59,300 nucleotides of DNA from Craspedostauros australis. Lineage: Eukaryota. A program made the translations under genes and the position numbers. The DNA is taken from positions 1 to 59,300 of the forward strand of contig JALAGF010003442.1 of the NCBI GenBank assembly GCA_030167865.1. The letters are read 5' to 3'. Below, piece after piece: positions 10,454 through 22,989 of the stretch (positions are counted from its first letter, which is position 1; each line of letters begins with the position of its first letter). The notes under the pieces were generated by a model that saw nothing but the letters and a program-made list of their open reading frames with translations, was not told where the DNA came from and did no database searches.

Positions 10454-12396
10454 GGTGGTGATGGCGGTGGTGATGGCGGTGGTGATGGCAGTGTTAGTTG
10501 TAATTGCGGTCTTCCTCACAGGAGGTGAGAAGTGCAGATGATGTGCTTTTATGACACCAGAGGCTCCCGACGTCTTCTTGACCTCTTCCCTGCTGCTGCT
10601 TTCGCTGCTGCGGGTGCGAATGCGGCTGCGTTGCGCTTTGTGTGGCTTGTTGTTGGCACTCAATTGCGCTCGCAAAATGTGGGCAGTGGAGGTTGGCGCG
10701 TGGCAAACGCGGTTTGGTTCCACGATGCCTCGTTGCTGGGTGGGCCGCGACAACTCGTGGCTCGGGCGTGGGATGGGCAATCTCCAAACACAACCTGAGG
10801 TATCACATCACGCATGAGCGAGCTACATCGCGCAAACAACGAGGGTGACAGCAAGTCATTACACGCTGGTACTGGTGCTGGCCAGGAAGAGCCACATCAG
10901 ACCATCACTGCACGATACATCGCGTGGGTGGCTCGTACGACTACTCATACTTGTATGGCGGGTGTGATTGCTTCTTTCTCTTTCGCACGAGCCTGTTGCG
11001 TTGGTGGTTGGCAAACACTCTGGCAGGTTGATTGGTTGGCGAACAACAACTGCGCAGCCGAGACACGGAAAATGCACCGAACACGACGGTTGTGGGTTTC
11101 GCCCAGGTGCGTTTGCGTGATAACCGCACGTCCAATTCTGAAGAACTTCAATTCCTGAATTTCTTCCTGATGATCGGGATGAAGTTGTGCACAGGCCCAT
11201 AATTAAAATGAGGCTGGTCATTTCCCTTCGCCCTTAAGTGCGATTCGTCTCACAAATATCGAACCTTCTGTGTGGGTGATGGTCTGGGTGAATCAACACG
11301 GAAAGAATCTCCTGCAACACAAAGAAAAAAGGAGTCAGAACAAAAAATTAGTGGTGATTCCGGCACCTGGGGGAGATGTGCAGACACGATGAGTGTCAAC
11401 AAATGCCACCGTTGCAGCATCTCCTCGTGCCAACGTGGCGGTGCGGTTCATCCATCCATCAGAGATAGTAGCTCTTGGAGGTAGAGCACAACACTCTACC
11501 AATACACAGAGTAGATAGATCAACTACATGGTACCACTGCTCTGCTTTCATGTATGTACCGCAGTCCTCTACCCTGAGAATCAGAGCACTTGCCACGCAT
11601 CAATGACTGCAAGATGCAATCTGCTCAATTTCCTTTTGCATGTATTATATATAATAGAATAGAATATGTACGCCATCACTGTTGATGGATCAAATCATGG
11701 AATCTGTGCGTTGCCGTTGCTTGCTTCGATCTATAACATTGCATAATATAGAATAGTAGAATATTATATTATACAAGTGTAGTACTCAACTCACGCCCTC
11801 TGCGTGGCTCCGCCAAACCACACTCGTTCTTCTCTCGAGTTCTTCATCTTGACCCATCCTTGAGATGGACATATTGGAAGTATGCCACTATGCCAACACC
11901 GCGCTAGCACGGTGGAGCATGATGCGCTGCCTTGTTGTTGATGTACGTTACGACTATTGTCACTTTGCTAGCTTTATTATTAGGTCAGACAAAGTACTAC
12001 CAGTATGATCGTTGTCAGGTTGTCTGCTACAAAGGAACAGACGAAACATGTTTCCGTGTGTTCTGCACGACTGGCGAATGACATGTCATGATCCCGCGCA
12101 GGGCTAAATGTTTGGTGGTTGGTTGCTTGGTTGACTGGTTGTTCGCCATCATTGTTGTGTCAGCGGTATCAGTACCACAGAACAGCAATATCATGCAATG
12201 CCACATCTAGCAACAGTAAAATTCCATCTTTCATAAAGTGTGACTCTATACTCGTGTCTTGATGCACTACTCTACATACGAGCAGTACGGCGATCCGTCC
12301 AGTGGCGGAAATGGGACAGTACGACTATGAGTGGTGGAATTGGATCATGTTCCTGCGGTACGAGTACCGATGCCGGGCGGCGCGCAGCGGAAGCCA

Positions 12397-14503
12397 TCAA
12401 TCCAACCTTGGCAGGTTCTGATTGATGTAGTTCACGCCGCAGAACTGCACACATTCTCCAGTCGTTGGATAAGAATGGATGTTGCGTCCGATGGCATGCA
12501 AGCCGAGATCGTTCTTGATGGCCAATGAGACTTCGTTTACCATCTCACCAGCGCGCTCCGCAACGATCGTGGCTCCCAGGATCTTCTGCGTGCCCTTTTC
12601 GACGATCGTCTTGCAAAAGCCGTAACGGAATCCATCCGTGATGGCACGGTCATTGTGCTCCAAGCCCGTCCTGTAGACGTCGACTTCGATGCCTTTCTTC
12701 GCAGCCATGTCTTCGGATGCGATGCCAACGGTGGCATATTCTGGATGGGTGTAGGCAACCGCGGGCACGACCAGGCTGCTGAGCTTCCAATCATCTCCAG
12801 CGAGTGCGTTCTGCACGACCATCTTCGCCATCTCGCCACTCATATGCGTGAGCCGTGGCACATCGGCGACGCAATCGCCGACTGCGTAAACGTTCGGGTT
12901 GGACACAGATGCCGTGAGGTCATCCACGACGATCCCCTTGCCAAGCTTGTACTCCACGCCCGCCTTGTCCAGACCTAAATCTTCCACGTTGGCGAGTCTT
13001 CCGGTGGCCACGATGAGGCACTCGCATTCGAGGTCCTGCTCACCCACCTTCACGCTCATGAGGGGGAAATCGTCGGGTGAAGCCCCTTGTTGATTGATGG
13101 TCGCGACGGAGGACACCGCCGCGGAATTGATGAACTGCACGCCATCCTTCTCGAGGAGGGATTGCATCAGCTCGGCTGCTTCCTTATCGCCACCTTTGGA
13201 TTGGAAGAGGCGCGATGATCGATTCAGCACAGTCACCTTCGATCCCAGCAACGCAAAAGATTGCGCCATCTCCAGGGCAATCACCCCCGCGCCGATGATC
13301 ATCATCCTCGGCGGCAGAGCCTCCAAGTTGAAAAGCTGCTCGTTGGTCGTGAAGGGTGCATCCTTGAGGCCTGGGATGTCGGGGATGAACGGGCGGCCGC
13401 CTGTTGCCACGACGCACTTCTTGAACTTCAATTCCTGCCCATTCACCTCGACGGTATCCGGGCCGGTGAAACGACCTCTGCCTTGGAAGACGTGAGCTCC
13501 TGCCTTCTCTGTGCCGCCGTGTCCGTCGGCGGGAGCGATGGTCGCGCGGATCTCTCGGAGCCGTTCCATCACGGCCTTGAAATCGACCTTGATTTCGCCA
13601 GGTGGCAAGACCACTCCGAATTGAGAGGCCTTCCTAACTTCAGCGACCGCCTTGGCAGATCGGATCAGCGCCTTGGATGGCACACACCCAACATTCAGAC
13701 AGTCTCCTCCCGCCAGATGTTCGGAGATCATTGCGCTCTTTGCACCTCGACGCGCAGATTGTCTCGACGTGACAAGCCCACCTGCTCCGCTGCGGCGTCG
13801 GTTTCGTTGGAGTTTGACGACGCGTGCGTGCAGCAGAGCGGGGACATGGTGGTGCGCAAGAAGTAGATTTGTGAAGAGCGTATGAGCATATCAGATGAAC
13901 GAAGCAAGGAAGCAGCGCCAAGAAACGCGGCAATTGCTTCTCGGCCCGTTCGTGCAACGAGATGGTTCCATACGAACAGAGTCACAGAGTCACAGAACCA
14001 CAGAGCCAGACAGTCACATGGCACGCAAGAAGTAGACTCGCGTGTTGCACTTACGCTCCGATGGCGATCAAGTCATAGATCTCGTGAGGCTTCTGGCCTT
14101 CGTAGTTCCTTGGATGAACCTCGTTGAGCAAGACGACGTTGTGCTTGTCCAAGGGCCAGATACCCAGCTTGGTCCTTGCCTGATCAGCTAGCGCCTTATC
14201 GTCTATGCCCCATGGGCCATCGGTCTTTCCTGGTGCTGTCGCTGCCATGGTGGTGCTGGATGTGGAAAATGAGGTTTTGCCCGACGCTGCTGTGATCGTC
14301 GCTGATGCTGTTCTTGCTGCTGTTGCTGCTTGTTGTTCCAGACGTGATGTCAACGCCAAAGAGCTGTTGGAGAAGTGGAATGCACTTGTGATGGTTGGAT
14401 TCAAAGTCGTCAACAAAGCACAAGCTGCGATCGAGATCCTGGCTGCTTGGCTACAGCGGATAAGACGTCGTTGTCGCGCAAGACTGATGGTGCTAGGTTT
14501 CAT
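12397..14503 (-). CDS. Class I pyridine nucleotide-disulfide oxidoreductase (mercuric reductase/lipoamide dehydrogenase-like); 2 exons, ~613 aa
   Basis: Intron 14054-13790 (GTAAGT...CAG) restores the FAD motif YDLIAIGAGAGG. Also present: redox motif GGDCLNVGCVPSK, IIGAGVIALE, YAVGD and C-terminal HSYPTTGE. The start is uncertain (ATG 14629 or 14503); a hydrophobic stretch ending TSAF suggests plastid targeting. Confidence 0.9.
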
Positions 14504-14703
14504 ACAGTATCGATACTTGTGACCTTGCTTGATTGACGAGGAACCAAGAATGGTTGGCGATGATGGAGGTGAAGAAGTGGATGTTGATGTTGATGTCGAT
14601 GTTGGTGCTGATGTCAGTGTGGATGGCATCGTCACGTGGCAGAATCTATCCGATGTTCTTTTTATGGGAGCTGCAAGTTGGGCAGAGAAGCTCGAAGCAT
14701 CTT

Positions 14704-14704
<1 letters not shown>

Positions 14705-14752
<48 letters not shown>
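14705..14752 (+). repeat. (GA)24 microsatellite
   Basis: Perfect GA dinucleotide run read directly from the sequence. Confidence 0.97.
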
Positions 14753-14754
<2 letters not shown>

Positions 14755-15374
14755 AGTGGGTAAGAGGGCAAGGGTGCAAGTGGGGAAGGGGACAAGAGGG
14801 GAAGTGGGGAAGCGGAATCGCGTCCGCAACCGCTACTACGGTGTTCGTGGGACAAGGGCTTCCTGCTCACACATCATGATCGAGACGTGTGTAACGACGC
14901 AAACGCAGGAGGGAAACGCCAGATGGATCTTTGTCGAAGATCGGGTTCTCGTTTCTCTTTCCAAGCCATACCGACGCCGGACTCACAGATGCGTGCACAC
15001 TTTGCGTTTCGTGATCGCCCGAAACAAATTGAGGAGAAGACGCTATGAAACAAAGATAGATGAACAAAGTTGTTCGTGTTGGTCCTCCAATGCGATCACG
15101 CGTGACGAGTGATCGGGACTCGCAACGAAGAAGAACAGGTACGCGCTTGTCACGGCATCAACCCGAACTGCACCAAACGCATTGCGCTGTGGTCACACAC
15201 CTCAACTGTCACAACAACAAGAGAGAATCATTTTACCTACCTATCTGTCCGTCTGAGGCGAGAGCAGACAAGTCATAATAGGAGAGTTGCTGCAGCACAC
15301 GCTGACACAGAGAAGCAGGATCAACCAATCTTGGTGTCAGACAAGAGGCAGAGCAAGGCAAGGCAAGAGACAAG

Positions 15375-16334
15375 ATGGACCCATCAGCACCCAAGGACAA
15401 CTCCAATCCCACCGTCTCCCGCGTTGACAAAGAACGCACGTCGGCTCGAAGAGAGCCCTTGGCATGGTCGCAGATGGGATCGTTTGTTCTGTGCAGCACG
15501 TCCGCCTTGGATGACATGGGTTTGGACTCACAGAGCAGCACCGTTTCTCGAATGGGCGCAGGGTTTGGAGACAGTGATTGGGAGTGGGTTCCTACGGCCG
15601 CGGAGGACAGATCAATCTTGCATGCGCTGGCAGACATATCGCGTGGAACGAAGGGCAAGGGTCTTCCGCTGCTGCGCAATGCCGGTCTTGTCATCCCCAC
15701 GAACGCGCACGACATTCTCAAGAAGCCGCCGTTGCTGACGCTTCCAGGAGCAAGGGCCGGCGTCGTGGCTGCTCCCAACGAAGCGCCGTCCGCAGATGCC
15801 TCAGCTCATGGCGTTGCTCGTGTTGCGGACCAGACGGGCGATGGGAGCAGTGCGGCACAAGACACGCCATCGCACACACCATCGATCAAACGAGACCGTC
15901 TTGACCGTGAGGAAGTCTTCGACATCATTCGCAACATTCAGGATCCGGAGCATCCGCACACGTTGGAGCAGCTCAGCGTTGTCAATTTGGAACACGTCGA
16001 GGTGTACGATGCCTTGGATGTGTCCAACGCGATGGAAGTCGATGGTGCACCAGCGCGTGTGAATGAACCATCGAAGGTCGAAGTTCGATTCACCCCCACT
16101 ATCCCGCACTGCTCCATGGCAACATTGATCGGTCTGTGTCTACGCGTCAAGCTGCTGCGGTCGCTGCCGTCCAGGTTCAAGATCGTCGTGCAGATACAGC
16201 CAGGCACTCACGCATCGGAGAATGCGATCAACAAGCAGCTTCGGGACAAGGAGCGTGTGTGCGCGGCGTTGGAGAACAAGCATTTGGCCGGTGTTGTCAA
16301 TAAGTGCATCAAGGGCGGCATGTACAGTGAATAA
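15375..16334 (+). CDS. CIA2: CIA2/MIP18/FAM96 cytosolic Fe-S assembly component with N-terminal extension
   Basis: [47 protein letters not shown] and [25 protein letters not shown] are hallmark FAM96 strings. Confidence 0.93.
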   Translation: MDPSAPKDNSNPTVSRVDKERTSARREPLAWSQMGSFVLCSTSALDDMGLDSQSSTVSRMGAGFGDSDWEWVPTAAEDRSILHALADISRGTKGKGLPLLRNAGLVIPTNAHDILKKPPLLTLPGARAGVVAAPNEAPSADASAHGVARVADQTGDGSSAAQDTPSHTPSIKRDRLDREEVFDIIRNIQDPEHPHTLEQLSVVNLEHVEVYDALDVSNAMEVDGAPARVNEPSKVEVRFTPTIPHCSMATLIGLCLRVKLLRSLPSRFKIVVQIQPGTHASENAINKQLRDKERVCAALENKHLAGVVNKCIKGGMYSE

Positions 16335-16759
16335 ACGAGTGACAGTATTCATGCACTTTCATGCACTGGTGTGCATGGGTGAATGAGTGGATCGAGGAAG
16401 GGACCGCCCTCGTATCACGACCGATCAATCGATGAATGGACCAAACAAACCAACAAAAATCCAACCACTCAACAGAATACATTGCACAGTACATAGCACA
16501 GACACAGTGCAGAGGGTACATACGACAATAACACAATAAAACAATTGATTCATAAACGATGATAGCAATGGCAGCGCGTGGTTTGGACGACGTTTGTTTG
16601 GAGCAATGTATGGTGCCATAGATCATGCGTTGGCAGTCTCAGCTCCTTGAACACGTTGTGAAGAATCGCACAACTGATGCTCACTAACTACTACACTTTA
16701 CTCTGCATGACGCGTGCTGAACCTTCTTGACTACTCTCTGGATAGAGTCCTCTATCTTA

Positions 16760-18827
16760 CTATTGCAAGGCACCCTGCTCCTTGAGTTCCTTCATGAGCG
16801 CCAGTTGCTTCCTGACAGGGACCATGGAGTTCGCAGCGATCGTTCCAGAAGCCGCAACGCCCGGCAAGCCGATGCCGGGAAAGCTGGTGTCACCGCAGGC
16901 GTACAGATTCTCGATGGGCGTGGTGGCTCCTGCCAATTCCCAAACCTCCTTGCCTGGGTTGATGCCGGGACCGTACGTTCCCTTGTACCGCTGGTTGTAT
17001 CGGCGATGGGTCAGGGGAGTCCCCACCAGCACGGTGCTGCCAGGTTGCTTCGCACGTTCGCGGACATCGGGAATGACACATTCGACGGCCTTCCACAACG
17101 CCTCGACCTTTTCTTCTTTCAATTCCTGGTACCCATCCTTGCGGTTGTATTCCTGCGAACTTCCGGAGTTGGGGCTGGACCCAACTTTTCCGGTTTCTTC
17201 CTGATACTTTTCCCATTGCTCAAAATTGTCGCTCGCCGCGGTGTACGCGTGGACGATGTGGTATCCCTCGGGCGCCAGGCTCGGATCGAACACGGTTGGG
17301 ATGGAGATGATGCTCATGTTCTGCTCGTCCGTGACAGGATGATCGAAGTTCAAGACGGAATGGTGGCATTCCAGGTCCGGCAGACCCTCCTTTGGAATTC
17401 CAATGTGCAGGTGCATGAAGCTGCGTGTCATGCTCATGCCGTCAGCCTGCTTGCGCACTTTTCGAACAGCTTCGAGAGTCGGACTGTCGCCGTTGCCATT
17501 CCCATGTCCATCCACCGAATCCTCCAAGATACGTGCGTAGTTCCACAAAGGTGCGTTGCTCACCACGCCGCGGCGGGCTTTGATGATCGTGCCATCCGCC
17601 AGCTGCACTCCAGTGCATTTCGACTTTCCCGTTTCCTCATCGTCTTCCAGCAGTACCCGCTCGACGCGGCTGTTCAGCTGCAACTTGCCGCCGTTGTCTT
17701 CCATGCCCTTGACGAGTGCCTGGATGAGCGAATCCATGCCTCCCATGGGATAGTCCAGGACTGCACCCTTCTTGTGCAAATCGGACATCATGTATGCCAC
17801 CGGCGCACCCTGCGTGTTGGATGCATCGACGCCTGACAACGCAAATGCCAGATAATCGAACCACTTTCTTACGAACGTATCATCGAGCTGTTCAACGAGG
17901 CGGAATGACGGTGATCATTATGGTGGTGAGTTGAAAGATTGATGACCATGCAATGGCAAGATATATACTCGTACAATGCGGCGTATTGGTTCGCAACAGT
18001 CCTTCACGAACATGAAAACGTACCTCATACTTGTCCATCGTCTTCGTGAATGGACCCGTGAGCAACAGTCCCTTGGTCCCAATAGTGATGAGCTTTGGGA
18101 TGTACTGCAGGATGCCCAGGAAGGTCGCGAATGCCCCGCCACCACGCAATGCGAATGGTGGAATGTAGGAGCTGACCTCGGAAAGGCCGCCATCATCCAG
18201 CATCTCGTCGCGGAATTTTTCGAATGCCTTGCGCGATGCCACTCCGGCCTTCTCCTCCAGCGCCTGTTCGAATTCGCCGCCATCTCCTGCGGTCAATTTC
18301 AACGACTTGCCGTCGCTGTAGTCGTGCACGACCCATCCATCGTAGGTCTTCCAATCGACGAAGTCGGCGGTGCCAACCGCATCCAGGACTTGGCGCAATG
18401 GGTTGGTGCTCTTGGAGCTCAAGCCAGTGACGAGGGACGGGCCGGAATCGAAACGGAATGGAACATCCTTGGAGGCGGAGCTGTACCTCGAGAAGGAATG
18501 GGCGACGCCGCCCGACGTGTCGTGAGCTTCCAAGCACAGGGTGTCCAGCCCGTACTTGGAGGTCAGTGCGGCACAGGAGAGACCTCCGATGCCAGCACCA
18601 ATGACCACGACGTCCACCTCCCGCTCTGCTGCTGCAGCTGTTGCTGCGTCGTCTTGTGGAGTATCCGTGGGACTGGAAAAGAGGCCCGTGATGGGCGTTG
18701 CTGTTGTTCGCTGACGGCTTCGTTGACTGGCGGATGCCTGCGTGAGCCGTGCCGTTCTGCCGATGGAGAACGCATCGGCAGGCACCAGGAAGATGCTCGC
18801 CACGAACACAGCCGAGGAGACCTTCAT
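16760..18827 (-). CDS. Plastid-targeted CRTISO-like (carotenoid isomerase/CrtH family) flavoprotein; 2 exons, ~643 aa
   Basis: Signal peptide ending ADAF; VVVIGAGIGGL, FRFDSGPSL, YPMGGM..L..AL, GTPLTHRRY, LYACGDTSFPGIGLPGVAASG. Phase-0 intron 18023-17888 (GTACGT...CAG). Confidence 0.9.
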
Positions 18828-19253
18828 CGTGGTCTAAATGTGTTTGGTCTAAGTTTGATGTTTGCTTTGTTGTTTCTGCTTCTGCTTCCGCTCTTTTATT
18901 ATGTTGTTGTCTTTGCTGCTGGCTTGATTGGTTGTTCGAATCTCTTTTGTGTGCATTGCTGCTCATCGTAACGCTTTGGATCTTTGGGATGTGCGTTGGT
19001 GGGGGGTGCGTGTGCGCATCTGTTTGTGACCTTGCAAGTACGTGCGTTGTTGTCACGCAACGCCGATGATGTGGCGAATCGTGGCGAACATTCCGAACAA
19101 TTGAATCACGAGTGGATCCTCTCCTTTCTCTCAGAAGATTGCAGGAATCCATCATGTCCCAATCTTGCTCTGCATCCGTATGGCGTGATGGAGTGTCGTT
19201 GAAGATCTCGAGGCCACAGGCTCTCACCATTGTGTTAACACCACATGGGTCGC

Positions 19254-20738
19254 CTAGCCGTCCTCCCAGGAGATGTATCGATCATCCATATCCATTGCCG
19301 TCATGGACATCTTCGGCGGACTCGCTGCCTCGTTCTTGATGGACAGGATGTCGCGTTGGCGTCGCATCTCCTTCTCGTAGAGCGTCTGGAAGGACGCCTT
19401 CCGCGTATCCTCCTGCCAGAGATGCGGCATGTCCTCTGTTTCGCTGGACAGGATGATGGACGATTCCTGATGGAGGTCGTGGTCGGCATCCTCCATCTCC
19501 GCATCCTCCATATCCTCGCGTCGCAGCCGTTCCATCTGCTCGTCCAGATCCTGCCTGCCGATGTTGTTGTTGAGGAATGCGAGCGGGATGTTGGACGGAA
19601 CGCCCTTGCTCGTCTTGACGACGTTGTCACCATTCTTGCCGTTGGCTCCGTCCTCTCCTCCCTCCTGGGCCTTCCTCTTTTGCTCCTCCTTCTCGAGGCG
19701 CTCCTTCTCTCTCTGCTTCATCTGCAATTCCAACGGCACGGTGGCACCGACGCGCGTCGCCGCGGCATCCATGAGCTTCTGACGCCGACGCCGTCCCGAT
19801 GCCAGGAGGTTGGCGCGCGCACCTCCACCCTTCTCGACCGAAAAGGCGATTTCATTCCCCATGGCATTCTTCAAGAATGTGAGGTCGCTGCCTTCGGCGC
19901 TGCGCCGGCCGCCGCCGACGAGGTAGTTCCGCGCTGCCATGGCCGACGCTGCCACACCCTCCTGCTCCAGCTTCTTCGCCTTCTGGTTGGCCGTGCGGCC
20001 CGTGCCGGCGAGACGCTTGGAGCCGATGCCGAGCGCGAAGTTCTCCGACGGCAGGTTGGACGTGATGGGGCTCCTGCCCTTGCCGCGCACCTTCTGCAGC
20101 AGATCGTAAATGCTGGCGCGTATCTGCTGGCCGCCGATCATCTTCCCGCTGAGCTGCACGTTGACGCGGCGGATGTGGTCCATGGCGCGATGCAGGTCCT
20201 TGGCGTTGTCGACGAGCGTGAGCGTGTAGGTCTCTAGCGGCGGGGCGTTGGGGTCGGCCTGGTAACGCATGTAGCACTCCTGGCAGACGAAGCAGCCGCT
20301 GATGGGATCGACCATCTGCTGCGCCTCCTGCTCCGTGTACCGTCCGTTGCATCGTTTGACCTCGTATCCCGGACAGAGGTAGTAGCTGTTGGATCGCGCC
20401 GACCGCTCCGCCTCGCTGATCTGCTGCTTGAGGAAGTGGATCCGCAGGCGGATGCTGTGCACGGCGTGGTTGTAGTCGATGTACCAGAACTTGGTGGTCT
20501 GGCTGCCACCCTCGTTGAGATCGTCGACCGTCTCCGACTTGACGAGATGCTCCTCCTGCAGGAACTGCAGCGTGGCGCGCAGCTTCTTCGCAGGCAGCGA
20601 CAGGCGCGGCGCCATGTCATCGTCGCGCAAGAACTTGTCGCGGATCAGCACGTCGATGATGCAGATCGCCTCGTCGTCGTAGAATGCGCGTGCCACGGTG
20701 GCGATCAAGGCCTCCGCGTACACCGTCAGGTCGGACAT
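19254..20738 (-). CDS. TFA1: Transcription initiation factor TFIIE alpha subunit
   Basis: N-terminal winged-helix pattern (VARAFY...IIDVL...LRATLQFLQEEHLV...WYIDY) plus zinc ribbon (YLCP...C...FVCQEC) and an acidic tail ending WEDG. Confidence 0.88.
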   Translation of the reverse strand: MSDLTVYAEALIATVARAFYDDEAICIIDVLIRDKFLRDDDMAPRLSLPAKKLRATLQFLQEEHLVKSETVDDLNEGGSQTTKFWYIDYNHAVHSIRLRIHFLKQQISEAERSARSNSYYLCPGYEVKRCNGRYTEQEAQQMVDPISGCFVCQECYMRYQADPNAPPLETYTLTLVDNAKDLHRAMDHIRRVNVQLSGKMIGGQQIRASIYDLLQKVRGKGRSPITSNLPSENFALGIGSKRLAGTGRTANQKAKKLEQEGVAASAMAARNYLVGGGRRSAEGSDLTFLKNAMGNEIAFSVEKGGGARANLLASGRRRRQKLMDAAATRVGATVPLELQMKQREKERLEKEEQKRKAQEGGEDGANGKNGDNVVKTSKGVPSNIPLAFLNNNIGRQDLDEQMERLRREDMEDAEMEDADHDLHQESSIILSSETEDMPHLWQEDTRKASFQTLYEKEMRRQRDILSIKNEAASPPKMSMTAMDMDDRYISWEDG

Positions 20739-21661
20739 GGCGGCTCCCTCTTTTCACTTTCTTGCTTGCTCGCTTGTCTTCTGGGATTGATCTTGGTCGT
20801 TGTGCTGTGTCGCGTTGTGCTGCTGTTCGTGCTTGAAGTATGAGGGTTGCTGTGGTTATGTGCGAGCAGACCGGTTCTACTTATGGCTGCGATGCCTGAA
20901 TTGGTTGCCTGAAGTGGTTGCCTTCTTCTTGGAATATGTGGAGCAGCTACTGTGGCTCCTGTGAGTTCGTGGCCGTGGGATGGCGAAAGATGGCAAAGTG
21001 ACCGCCTGGTTTTCTCCGCCGATGCGAATGGACTGATCAGCCGTTTCGAAACGTCCGGCCCGTTTCGAATACCCCCCAGAGAGCAGTCAACTTTAATACC
21101 CACAAGCTCACACGTTGACACAATCACACGAGAAGAATGAACTGTCGACGATTCATGTCGATCATCTTCATTGCGCAACTCTTGCTCTCTCTCTCTCTAC
21201 CCCCTTGAACGCGACGACGGCAACGACCACGACGCCATGGCCAAAAAGTCAGGCTGCGCCTGTTGGAGTGACTTTGCGTTGTGTGTCTCTTCGTCTTGCA
21301 TTTTGTGTGGTACCAAACGGCTGCGACTGCTGCCAACGTTTCGTGGAAGATCTTCAATCCAAATACTATTCTCAAAGTACTATGGAATCACCTAGTACGG
21401 CTGTCCTACGACTTTGGTACCAACGGTGGATGTGGCCCACGTTTGGAAAGTCTACCGGAAGAGTCAATCGCAGTGTTTCTCTTGGAGTTATTCCATGATC
21501 CGGCAACCCTGGTCTTGCCCATATTAGACTGAAGGGCACTCTACTCCACTCCACTTCACTCCATGCTCTGCCAGAGAGCTCGATCGAAAACGGAACATGC
21601 TACTTTTGTTTGAACACTTAAAACGGAAAGAGTACGGGTTGGTCGAACGGCGACGAACAGT

Positions 21662-22989
21662 TCAAATGTTCTTGTTGAATTTCTTGGGCGCGAACATGGC
21701 TGGGTGACGGTACGTGCCGCATATCATGTCAGGCCACATGAAGAGATGGCCGTAGTTGAATTTGAAGAACGCGTGATGTACATGGTGGTCGGCGGGTGTG
21801 CCGAAGCCAAGTGGGTGGAACAGGCTGTCATCCCATGGGAAGGTGTATTCGGAATGGATCAACGTCAGCCAGTTGGCGTACACGGAGCCGAAGGCCATGT
21901 ACGTCCACACGTTGACATGAACGAGATTGGCCGTCATGTACAGGGGGATGAGGATCATGATGACAGTGTCCGCCACCGATCCGTTGAAGGCATCGAACAG
22001 GCGCGGGTTGGTGAATTTGTGATGGGGCTTGTGCGATTTTTGGTAGAAGGCTGGCGAGACGGAGTGCTCCAGGCGATGCATGATGAACTGGATGGTATCC
22101 TGCACCACCAGGCACAGGAACGCCCTGCCGTAGTCAATGCCGCCCTCGAAGCCGTAGTAGGAGGCCGGCAACAACCGCAGCATCCAGGTGAATATCAAGT
22201 AGCCCCCGAGCAGACCGAATCCCTCCGGTTGCGCGAGGTGCGACAGAAGGCCCTCCTCAAAGGCATACGGCCGCGGTCCCTGGGTCTGGATGGAGGTCGG
22301 CTCATTCCCCATCGACAGGTAGCCGTATTTGTACGCGTAGAATATGGCCAAGACCAGCGGCTGGCTTACGGCGACAGCGGTGATGCCCAGGCTCAATCCC
22401 AGCGGCTTCGGTCGCTCCCCGCTGTCGAAGTCGTACTCATACCACGCCTCGGGGAATATCTTGTCGTACCTCAGCGGGCTGTGCGCGAGCGTCATCGACA
22501 GCGGCAGCACCAGCATCAACGGCCAAACCAACGCGCTCGACCATGGCAGCATCTTCCTTGTTAGCTGTGCGGCTGCAGAGGATTGGTGTGTGATCGTTGA
22601 GATGAAACAGGCGATGTATCGGAAGAGGAGCATGATGATGAGGAGGAGGAGGAGGACAGTCAGGGGAAGCAGGACGAAGCGCGATTGTGAGCAAAGCTAT
22701 CGTTGGGCGCCATCGCGCAGGCTGGTTGATAGGTGTCGGCGGATGGTCGGCGACCGATGATTGACTTGAGCATGGGAGCACGATTCACAGACAATGTCAA
22801 CTCCAATGCTCGTCGAATGCAAGAGGCACTTGGCCGATGCTTTGACGTACCATCAACCGCCTTCCGTTGCTGCTGCTTCTGCTGCGGTTCCTTCATTGGC
22901 ATTCCAGACTGCGACTGCGGTTGGTGTTGGTGTTCAGCTGTCGCACCTGCAGGTCCCGCAACTCCAACGTTGGTTGCCCTTTTCTCCAT
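21662..22989 (-). CDS. AltSQE: Alternative squalene epoxidase (fatty acid hydroxylase superfamily); probably 2 exons, ~349 aa
   Basis: His boxes HRLEH, HKPHH, IH and DHHVHH. The strings ALVWPLML, KPLGL.LGI.AVAV.Q, QPEGF, FTNPRLFDAFNGS, NVWTYMAFGS and FNYGHLFMW match my recollection of Phaeodactylum AltSQE. Proposed exon 1 22989-22851 with phase-1 intron 22850-22573 (GTACGT...CAG); exon 1 is less certain than exon 2. Confidence 0.88.

Noticed and set aside
12397-14503. Mercury-resistance (mer) locus
   Set aside because: No C-terminal Cys-Cys, no NmerA domain and no merR/T/P neighbours; the gene has a spliceosomal intron.
16760-22989. CRTISO-like + AltSQE as a terpenoid biosynthetic gene cluster
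   Set aside because: Different compartments and pathways, separated by TFIIE-alpha, and no scaffold synthase nearby.
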